From Candidatus Kaiserbacteria bacterium (lineage in GTDB: Bacteria > Patescibacteriota > Minisyncoccia > Phycocordibacterales > UBA2100): a stretch of DNA of 64,000 bases. The position numbers and the translations under genes are program-made. The notes under the pieces were generated by a model. The model worked only from the letters and a program-made list of their open reading frames with translations, did no database searches and was not told the origin of the DNA. Position 1 is the first letter of the stretch. Every line of letters starts with the position of its first letter. Of this stretch, positions 57,576 through 64,000 are shown in pieces. Location of the stretch: contig JACRFK010000003.1 of NCBI GenBank assembly GCA_016217925.1, positions 207,656 through 271,655 on the forward strand. Direction: 5' to 3'.

Positions 57576-57607
57576 GTCCTCCGGAGGAGGATCCGCCTCC
57601 GGCGGAA
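57576..57607. repeat. ~30-nt palindromic element, copy in GIY-YIG leader (canonical copy)
   Basis: CGTCCTCCGGAGGAGGATCCGCCTCCGGCGG; would encode SAGGGSSSGG only if the TTG-extended ORF were used. Confidence 0.7.
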
Positions 57608-57743
57608 AAGTGTGCTATTTTGTTCAAAGTCAGCTCGTTGCAACATTCACTCCGAATGTTGCTGGAGCGGCGCGAGGCGCCGCTCCGCCGGAGAAGCTGC
57701 TATCGCGGCTCTCTGAAGGGGCGAACCGCAAGGTTCGTCCAAA

Positions 57744-57828
57744 GGAGAGGTGGCTGAGTGGTCTAAAGCACCGGTTTCGAAAACCGGCATGGGGCAACCC
57801 ATCGAGAGTTCGAATCTCTCCCTCTCCG
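57744..57828 (+). tRNA. tRNA-Ser (anticodon CGA), type II
   Basis: GGAGAGG TGGCTGAGTGG...CCGGT TTCGAAA ACCGG, long variable arm, GAGTTCGAATCTC, CCTCTCC G. Confidence 0.8.
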
Positions 57829-57855
57829 CAATGAATGTTCAAGAGTCTCTGACGG

Positions 57856-57930
57856 CACTCCGGCGCGACAAACGCTTCGCGCCGCTCATCAAGAAGCATG
57901 GGATGCCGGAATTGAAGCGCGGGTCTTCGC
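57856..57930 (+). repeat. direct repeat: duplicated 5' end of alkA-like gene (23 codons), left boundary of an inserted segment
   Basis: Encodes LRRDKRFAPLIKKHGMPELKRG versus gene copy LRRDKRFAPLIRKHGMPELKRG at 58781..58850; about 88% nt identity; differences nearly all synonymous. Confidence 0.6.
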
Positions 57931-57946
57931 ACTCCTGAAAGCGAGG

Positions 57947-58723
57947 CTAACGAGAAGTTTTCTCTAGAATGCGTTCCTCAATGATTTTCGAAAAACTGTC
58001 CATAGCTTCTAGTATCTCAATCTGAAATTGCTCAACGGTCGGCTTCCGATCCATATCTTTTTGTTGTTCAAAAATCGAAGGTGTTCCAGCCCCCTCCCTT
58101 TCCATCGAGTCTAGTATCGCCTTCATAAAAGCAAGCCCGTCCGGTCCCGCACATCGTTTTCTCAATTCGCTAAGACGACTCTTGAGTACACTAAGCTGCT
58201 GGATGCTTCCCCGCTGGATCCCATAGCTTGCCTCCTCAGGCGAAAATCCGTGGTACCAGAATTCGTCGACAATATTAAAATCAAAAAGTATATGCCAACC
58301 CTCTCCTGAGCGTGTGTTGGCTCGGTAGTGTTCGTTGTCGGTGAAGATCTTATCCAGTATCCTCCGGTCAGCCCAAAGCTCGTCTTCACTATTCTCGCTC
58401 TTTTCTATGTACTCGGTTGGCAGTACGTACGAATAAAACTTTCCTGTTTCTTTCTTATAGACGACATCAGAAACGGGCATAGTGCCTTTGAGGAGGCGTG
58501 ATAGGAACATTTGATCTCGAGGAGAATATTCGATCTCATGAAATTTCCTTCCAACTGAGTCCTGAACAATATCTCTGCCTTTGCTGTTCTTGCCTATTAC
58601 TTCGAGATCCTTCACAGACTGCGGCACAACTGATGCCTGAGTAGGGTCATGCGATATGTCCGGCTTTGGCATCTCAATGCCCATTGATAGATTATAGCAA
58701 CCTTGAGCTTGCCCTTCTTTCAA
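57947..58723 (-). CDS. hypothetical protein, low-GC cargo of the tRNA-Ser/alkA insertion
   Basis: 258 aa; GC about 40%; no recognisable motifs; bounded by the 57856/58781 direct repeats. Confidence 0.5.
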   Translation of the reverse strand: MKEGQAQGCYNLSMGIEMPKPDISHDPTQASVVPQSVKDLEVIGKNSKGRDIVQDSVGRKFHEIEYSPRDQMFLSRLLKGTMPVSDVVYKKETGKFYSYVLPTEYIEKSENSEDELWADRRILDKIFTDNEHYRANTRSGEGWHILFDFNIVDEFWYHGFSPEEASYGIQRGSIQQLSVLKSRLSELRKRCAGPDGLAFMKAILDSMEREGAGTPSIFEQQKDMDRKPTVEQFQIEILEAMDSFSKIIEERILEKTSR

Positions 58724-58742
58724 GAACCCTTATGCTCCCCAC

Positions 58743-59405
58743 ATGAATAAAGAGGATGACTTCTCCAAATCCATTGCGATTCTAAGGCGTGACAAGCGCT
58801 TCGCGCCGCTTATCAGGAAGCATGGGATGCCGGAATTGAAGCGTGGAAGAAATCCTTTCCAAGCGCTTGTGCGCTCAATAATTCATCAGCAAGTTTCGGG
58901 CGCAGCGGCGCAGACGATACATGCCCGTTTTCTCGCGTTGTTTCCAAAAAAGAAGTTCCCCACTCCCGAAATGGTGCGGGAGATACCGCTTGAGAAAATG
59001 CGCGCGGCAGGACTTTCAGGCCAGAAGACTTCTTACATCAAAGACCTCGCGGAGAAATTCACGGACGGCACTGTCAGACATAAATCGCTTCACAAGATGG
59101 AAAGCGCGGACATCGTCGAACACCTCACGCAGGTCAAAGGCATCGGCGTGTGGACGGTGCACATGTTCCTCATCTTTACGCTGAATCGCAGGGATGTGCT
59201 CCCGACCGGCGATCTCGGCATACGTAAGGGATTCCAAACACTCTACAAACTGAAAAGTTTGCCAGACCACGCACAAATGGAGAAGCTCGCGCGCCCGTGG
59301 CGCCAGCATGCTTCGGCTGCATCGTGGTACCTCTGGCGTGTGGCGGACAGCGCAAAGCTCAAGCCTCAGGCCGTATCGCGTTCCACACGTCGGCGGCGGA
59401 AATAG
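58743..59405 (+). CDS. HhH-GPD base-excision DNA glycosylase (AlkA / 3-methyladenine glycosylase II-like)
   Basis: VKGIGVWTVHMFLIF, helix-hairpin-helix plus Gly/Pro-rich loop and catalytic Asp (LPTGDLGIRKG). Confidence 0.75.
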   Translation: MNKEDDFSKSIAILRRDKRFAPLIRKHGMPELKRGRNPFQALVRSIIHQQVSGAAAQTIHARFLALFPKKKFPTPEMVREIPLEKMRAAGLSGQKTSYIKDLAEKFTDGTVRHKSLHKMESADIVEHLTQVKGIGVWTVHMFLIFTLNRRDVLPTGDLGIRKGFQTLYKLKSLPDHAQMEKLARPWRQHASAASWYLWRVADSAKLKPQAVSRSTRRRRK

Positions 59406-60000
59406 CCCCTTCGCGCAAAATCACCGGCTGTACTCCCGAAAGGTCCACCACCGTGGAAGGCTGTCGCTCCGGCAACTCACCCGCATCTATCACAAGGCCA
59501 ATATCACGCGCACTGTCGCCGAGCTGCGCAAGGATCTTTTCAACGGAGCGCTCGGGCTGCGCGCCGCTCCTATTCGCGCTCGTCGCCGTAACGGGCATGC
59601 TGAACTCATCTATCAATGAGGTCAAAAATCCATCATCGGGTATACGGTAAGCAAAGGTGTTGATGTTTTTTAATATTCCCGTACTGAACTGAGGTCGCTT
59701 TGTTACAACAACCGTGAGTTTCCCTTTGGGCGATCTTCCTAGAAGTTTCCGCGCCAACACATTCTCTTCGCTGTAAAGTTCTGCCATTTCAACACAAGAG
59801 ACAAGAGCGTGTAACGGTTTCTTTTCGTCACGCCCTTTAATGGAGTAGATTTTCTCCACTGCATCATCTTCAACTGCCCACGCAAGCAACGCGTACTGAG
59901 TATCGGTCGGGCATAAAACCACCCCTGCTGCCCATAGGACCTCATACGCCCTATTGTTTGCGAGCTCGGTATTTTCTTTGGAAAATTTAATTACTTCCAT
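59359..60000 (-). CDS. tsaC: L-threonylcarbamoyladenylate synthase (YrdC/Sua5 family)
   Basis: PTDTQYALLA, KGRDEKKPL, PVTATSANRSGAQP; convergent 47-nt overlap with alkA-like 3' end. Confidence 0.8.
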   Translation of the reverse strand: MEVIKFSKENTELANNRAYEVLWAAGVVLCPTDTQYALLAWAVEDDAVEKIYSIKGRDEKKPLHALVSCVEMAELYSEENVLARKLLGRSPKGKLTVVVTKRPQFSTGILKNINTFAYRIPDDGFLTSLIDEFSMPVTATSANRSGAQPERSVEKILAQLGDSARDIGLVIDAGELPERQPSTVVDLSGVQPVILREGAISAADVWNAIRPEA

Positions 60001-60075
60001 TGGTGCGCGGTAAAGGGATCGAACCTTTGACCCTTGTCACGTCAAGACAATGCTCTACCACTGAGCTAACCGCGC
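60001..60075 (-). tRNA. tRNA-Val (anticodon GAC), CCA encoded
   Basis: GCGCGGT TAGCTCAGTGGTAGAGC..TTGTC TTGACGT GACAA..GGTTCGATCC..ACCGCGC ACCA. Confidence 0.8.
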
Positions 60076-60094
60076 AACGACGTCCAATATACCT

Positions 60095-60937
60095 TTAGAT
60101 GGAGGCTTTTTCAATCTTCCCTCCGCATCCCGACAAGAACGCATCGAACGCCGCCAGTAGCTCTTTAAGGGCTTGTGGCGGCTCGGAGAACGTATAACTG
60201 TCGACTGAACGAGTTGGAAGTATCTTTGCGGAAGTGCTCGTGAGAAAGGCTCCGTCGTACTGCGGCAAGTCTTCAGGTCGGATATCTTTTTGCACAATCT
60301 CAAAGCCGGTATCGGCCGCGACTTTCAGTACCGCCTTGCGCGTGACGCCCGGCAAAATGTTTTTCTCATTTGGCGAGAAGAGTGTCTTACCCTTTATGCA
60401 AAAGAAATTTGTGCGCGTCCCCTCCGTGATGCATCCCCCTCGGTCGATAAGCAACGCATCATATGCGCCGGCCTGTTTGGCTTTGCGGTAGGCGAGATAG
60501 CTTTGCAACATATTGAGTGTTTTTGCGTGGGGAAACGGACGCTCGTATTCGTAGGTCACGCATGCGACTCCGTCCCGGTATAATTTTTTGTCCGGAAAGA
60601 GGGGATTCAGGCAGAGAATATTGAGCTGCGCATCTTCCGCCGTCTTTCCCCCGATAAGAAGTATTTTCACGTTGCAGGTCGTAGCGCCGTTTTTCTCAAG
60701 AAGCTGCGCGACGGCGTCCGACACGCCCTCCGGTGTGTAGGGGTGCAAAAGTCCGATGATGCGCGCGGAATTCATCAGGCGCCCGATATGGTCGGCAAGA
60801 AAATAGACGATTCCGTTGCTTACTCGGACGCTCTCATAGACCCCGAAACCGTACGCGTACTCGATGCTCGAGAGCGGAATAACCGCATCAGTAACCGGAA
60901 GCAGTTCTCCATTCCGCGAAAAATACTTGAAATCCAT
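60095..60937 (-). CDS. class IV PLP aminotransferase (branched-chain / D-amino-acid aminotransferase family)
   Basis: 280 aa; fold-type IV pattern (YGFGVYESVRV, PGVTRKAVL, EAFLTSTSAKILPTRSVD). Confidence 0.7.
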   Translation of the reverse strand: MDFKYFSRNGELLPVTDAVIPLSSIEYAYGFGVYESVRVSNGIVYFLADHIGRLMNSARIIGLLHPYTPEGVSDAVAQLLEKNGATTCNVKILLIGGKTAEDAQLNILCLNPLFPDKKLYRDGVACVTYEYERPFPHAKTLNMLQSYLAYRKAKQAGAYDALLIDRGGCITEGTRTNFFCIKGKTLFSPNEKNILPGVTRKAVLKVAADTGFEIVQKDIRPEDLPQYDGAFLTSTSAKILPTRSVDSYTFSEPPQALKELLAAFDAFLSGCGGKIEKASI

Positions 60938-60940
60938 AAG

Positions 60941-62719
60941 TTATTGGTCCTGAAGGAATCCTCCGGCTTGGTGGGCCCAGAGTTGGGAATAAATCCCGCT
61001 CCCGGCGACAAGCTGCTCGTGTGTGCCCTCTTCGACGATTTTGCCGCTATCCAAGACGATGATGCGGTCCATCTCGCGCAAAGTCGAGAGGCGATGGGCG
61101 ATGGCGATGACCGTCTTCCCTTTCATCAATTCGCGAAGTGCCTTCTGTATCTCCACCTCGCTTTCGCTGTCGAGCGCGGAGGTCGCCTCATCGAGCAGAA
61201 GTATCGGCGCATTTTTCAGTATCGCACGGGCAATCGCTATGCGCTGGCGCTCGCCGCCCGAGAGCTTGATGCCGCGCTCGCCCACCATCGCGCCATAGCC
61301 GGTCGGGAGATTCACGATGAAATCGTGGGCCTGTGCGAGCTTCGCCGCCTCGATGATCTCTCCTTCAGAGGCACCCGGATTCCCGTACGCGATATTCTCG
61401 CGGATGGTGCGGTGAAAAAGGAGTGGCTCTTGCGGCACGACCGAGATAGCGTTGCGGAGGCTCTCCTGCGTCACGCTTGCGATATCGGTGCCGTCGATGG
61501 TAATCGTCCCCGCGCTCAGATTGTGGTGGCGCAAAATGAGCCGTACGAGCGTGGATTTCCCGGCACCCGAACGGCCTACGACGCCGACCCTCTGTCCCGG
61601 AGGAACGACAAGCGTCATGTCATTAAATACGACATTTTCCCCATACGAGAAGCTCACCCCGTTGAACGCGAGCGCCCCGCCGCTTATCGCGAGTACCGAC
61701 GCATTTGGCTCATCGGGGATCTCGTGCGGCGCGATGATTTCCTCAAGGCTCTCGCTTATCTCGCCCCACGTCTCGGCAAATTTATTGAAATTCGAGCCGA
61801 GCGACTGCAAGAGACCCTCGATCCTGAAAATGATCGTGATGACCAAAATGATGTCGCCGAAAGAGAGTATGCCCGCGCGCGAGAACGATACCGTCGTAAA
61901 GACCATGGCGGTCCCGAACACGACCAAGAGAACGCTGTTGAGTACCCGCGTCCACTCGCCGAAATACCAGCTCGCGATATGCGCCCGCCGGCGGTCATCC
62001 GTTGCTCCTTTCAGTCGCTCGATCTCAAATTCACGGCGCGCGTATTCCTGCATCGCGCTCACGTTGGTGAGGAGGTCGACCGTGGCACCGTTCAGCGTTG
62101 TCTCCAGATTGTGTGCGCGCGCCGAGAGCGGTACGCGCCGGTACCCGAGGTATATGTTGATGAGCAAGATTGCGAAAACCCATGCGAGGAACATCCACGC
62201 GATGGGCGGACTCACGAGAAACACAATGATGAAGCTCGTGACCGCATTCACGCCGAGCTCCAGGAATTCCCACAAAAAGACGTCGACGACCTCGCGCATG
62301 CCGGTCGCCGCGTGCCGTATCTTGTTCATGATAGAGCCCGCAAAACGGTCCGAAAAATAAGTACGGCTGTGGAGCGTGACGTATGAAGTGAGCGCGTAAC
62401 GTGCGGTCGCCGAGGCGCCCGTCGCCCAGCGCGCGCCCATGAATCCCGATATGCGCCAAAAGAGTTTTGCGAGAGCAAGCACGAGTATCGTCGCGCCCGA
62501 AGCCATATACAGCAAGTCGTACGAACCGCCTTGTACGAGCGCGACCACCGCATCCGTCACCAATTTGAACACATAGGCGACGCTTGCGGAAAAAGCATTG
62601 CCCGCCGCGGCGAGGAGTATCGCAAGGACGGCGGCCCGCCAGTGCGGCTGTGAGGCAAAAAGGAAGAACCGGAGGGGGTTCTTCGTCATGGGGAGGTCGT
62701 CGCGCCAGATAGAGGTCAT
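60941..62719 (-). CDS. ABC transporter, fused permease/ATP-binding (exporter, MsbA-like)
   Basis: 592 aa; 6 TM plus NBD: Walker A GRSGAGKST, signature LSGGERQR, Walker B ILLLDEATSALD. Confidence 0.85.
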   Translation of the reverse strand: MTSIWRDDLPMTKNPLRFFLFASQPHWRAAVLAILLAAAGNAFSASVAYVFKLVTDAVVALVQGGSYDLLYMASGATILVLALAKLFWRISGFMGARWATGASATARYALTSYVTLHSRTYFSDRFAGSIMNKIRHAATGMREVVDVFLWEFLELGVNAVTSFIIVFLVSPPIAWMFLAWVFAILLINIYLGYRRVPLSARAHNLETTLNGATVDLLTNVSAMQEYARREFEIERLKGATDDRRRAHIASWYFGEWTRVLNSVLLVVFGTAMVFTTVSFSRAGILSFGDIILVITIIFRIEGLLQSLGSNFNKFAETWGEISESLEEIIAPHEIPDEPNASVLAISGGALAFNGVSFSYGENVVFNDMTLVVPPGQRVGVVGRSGAGKSTLVRLILRHHNLSAGTITIDGTDIASVTQESLRNAISVVPQEPLLFHRTIRENIAYGNPGASEGEIIEAAKLAQAHDFIVNLPTGYGAMVGERGIKLSGGERQRIAIARAILKNAPILLLDEATSALDSESEVEIQKALRELMKGKTVIAIAHRLSTLREMDRIIVLDSGKIVEEGTHEQLVAGSGIYSQLWAHQAGGFLQDQ

Positions 62720-62807
62720 AAACGGTTATTATGCCATATCAGGGTTTTGAAACGTTGACGGGACATGTTTTTACTGTAGTGTGCTTCGGGGCAGAAAGGA
62801 GCCAGCC

Positions 62808-63257
62808 ATGCTGGAGAGAACGGTCTATATCATACGGCCGTTTGGTATGCCATTTCGGAATACCATTCGGCAGAGGATCTGGTGGGCAGGTCTTTTTATA
62901 GCTGCATCGCGGGAATTAAAAATACCGTGGTGGGCCTTCGAGGAAATTTACCCGCGCTACACCGACTCCAAGATTCCGGATGCGGTGTGGATGCGCCGGA
63001 TGGTGCTCACGACGGGCAACTTCTCGGAAGTGGGGATACTCGAAGGGGAAGAGGCCGTCGCGCGACTCGTGCGGCTCGTCGGAACCGAAGCGGACCCGGC
63101 CGAGTGCGAGCTCGGGACGATCCGGCGCGACTACGGTGCGAGCGCTGTCGAACGTATCGGCGGATTCACGTTCCACCTCCGGGTGATGCACCGGCCCGTA
63201 GACAAAGAGGAGGCCTTGCGCAACCTCCCCATCATTGAGAAATTGCTCCGCACCTGA
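62808..63257 (+). CDS. ndk: nucleoside diphosphate kinase-like protein (divergent)
   Basis: ERTVYIIRPFG...GTIRRDYGAS aligns to NDK (ERTFVMIKPDG...GTIRGDF); catalytic His region atypical. Confidence 0.45.
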   Translation: MLERTVYIIRPFGMPFRNTIRQRIWWAGLFIAASRELKIPWWAFEEIYPRYTDSKIPDAVWMRRMVLTTGNFSEVGILEGEEAVARLVRLVGTEADPAECELGTIRRDYGASAVERIGGFTFHLRVMHRPVDKEEALRNLPIIEKLLRT

Positions 63258-63303
63258 GTCTCACAAGTCTCGGGTGCAAGTTTTTGTATATACTTCAAAT
63301 ATT

Positions 63304-64000
63304 ATGAGAATTCTCGGTATTGAAACCTCGTGCGATGAGACCGCGGTTTGTCTGATAGAGGCCGAAGGGGAGTTTGGCCCCGGGTTCAAGTACGAAATCC
63401 TGGGCAACGCGCTCCGTTCGCAAGCGAAACTGCACGCGGAGTATGGCGGAGTCTTCCCCAATCTCGCCAAGCGCGAGCACGGGAAGGGCCTTGTTCCCAT
63501 GCTGGAACTTGCTCTCCATGGCCTGACCACCGCCTCGACTTCAACAGCTGCTCAAGGAGTGAAAGCGCTACCAAAAATCCTCGAGAGAGAGCCGGAATTG
63601 CTGGAGCAGTTGGTCCCCTTTTTGGAACGGAGCGGAAAACCCGACATCGACGCTATCGCGGTCACGTATGGCCCCGGCCTTGAGCCGGCGTTGTGGGTCG
63701 GCGTCAATTTTGCAAGAGCACTTTCGCTTGCGTGGCATGTGCCCATCGTCGCGGTCAATCATCTTGAAGGGCACATCGTTATGTCGATGACGGATATGCA
63801 ACCAAGACAACATTCCAACGTTTTGCAAAACGTTAGAATGTCCGGCGGCCTCGCTGATTTTGAATTCCCCATCCTCGCGCTCCTCATCTCCGGCGGCAAT
63901 ACGCAGCTCGTGCTTTCAAAAGAGCCGCTGCGATACGAGGTGGTGGGGAGGACCCGCGACGATGCGGCAGGCGAAGCGTTCGACAAAGTCGCGCGAATGA
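63304..64000 (+). CDS. tsaD: tRNA N6-adenosine threonylcarbamoyltransferase TsaD (Kae1/Gcp), 3' end runs off window
   Basis: MRILGIETSCDETAVCLIE...GVFPNLAKREH...AVTYGPGLEPALWVGVNFARALSLAWHVPIVAVNHLEGH. Confidence 0.8.
   Translation, partial: MRILGIETSCDETAVCLIEAEGEFGPGFKYEILGNALRSQAKLHAEYGGVFPNLAKREHGKGLVPMLELALHGLTTASTSTAAQGVKALPKILEREPELLEQLVPFLERSGKPDIDAIAVTYGPGLEPALWVGVNFARALSLAWHVPIVAVNHLEGHIVMSMTDMQPRQHSNVLQNVRMSGGLADFEFPILALLISGGNTQLVLSKEPLRYEVVGRTRDDAAGEAFDKVARM

Noticed and set aside
57502-57834. 110-aa plus-strand ORF containing [10 protein letters not shown]
   Set aside because: It is the antisense reading of the palindromic element plus the tRNA-Ser gene; not a gene.
1-64000. 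Searched for CRISPR arrays, rRNA genes, integrase/transposase/recombinase genes and toxin-antitoxin pairs
   Set aside because: No regularly spaced direct repeats, no rRNA-like conserved stretches, and no recognisable tyrosine/serine recombinase or DDE transposase motifs in any long ORF. The insertions noted appear non-autonomous.

Overview
This window reads as a streamlined, high-GC (~60%) bacterial chromosome segment, most plausibly from a Patescibacteria/CPR-like lineage. Core proteins are short (IF-2 about 508 aa, DnaX 354 aa, Rel 514 aa, S1 372 aa). The backbone is dense in housekeeping genes. Listed here by function rather than map order (the features list gives positions): dnaX, dus, serS, dprA, topA, rel, parB, a Mur ligase, miaA, clpB, a cysteine desulfurase, infB, rbfA, gyrA, rpsA, pth, lepB, a hisS-like gene, rpsU, ybeY, ftsA, ftsZ, trxB, a lone PurH transformylase domain, pyrE, pyrF, a P-type ATPase, a CDF transporter, tsaC, an ABC exporter and tsaD. 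There are 10 tRNA genes: Leu-CAA, Trp-CCA, Tyr-GTA, Cys-GCA, Leu-TAA, Lys-CTT, Leu-TAG, Glu-TTC, Ser-CGA and Val-GAC. One ribosomal protein gene, rpmG at 52 codons, is missing from the ORF track because it falls below the length cutoff. The accessory content is more interesting. First, a family of ~30-nt imperfect palindromes (core CCTCCGGAGGAGGATCCGCCTCCGGCGG) sits in frame inside gyrA (twice), pth and an ftsQ-like gene, and in the leader of a GIY-YIG gene; each in-frame copy encodes a GG-Ser-rich loop. Second, three loci carry gene-terminus duplications that differ almost only at synonymous codon positions (topA 3' end, rpmG 3' end, alkA-like 5' end); each flanks an inserted segment (a hairpin-only element at topA, single low-GC genes at rpmG and alkA). 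I read this as site-specific integration or replacement at gene ends. Third, six paralogous TrbC/VirB2-like two-TM pilin genes occur, five of them in a tRNA-flanked cluster with an orphan solute-binding protein. Fourth, several small palindromic repeat families occur, one copy in frame inside purH. Fifth, long-range inverted repeats end exactly at the start codons of topA and rpsU. Sixth, a 0.5-kb non-coding region lies upstream of rpsA. No rRNA, CRISPR array, integrase or transposase was seen. Coordinates I derived by hand, especially tRNAs and adjusted starts, may be off by 1-2 nt.
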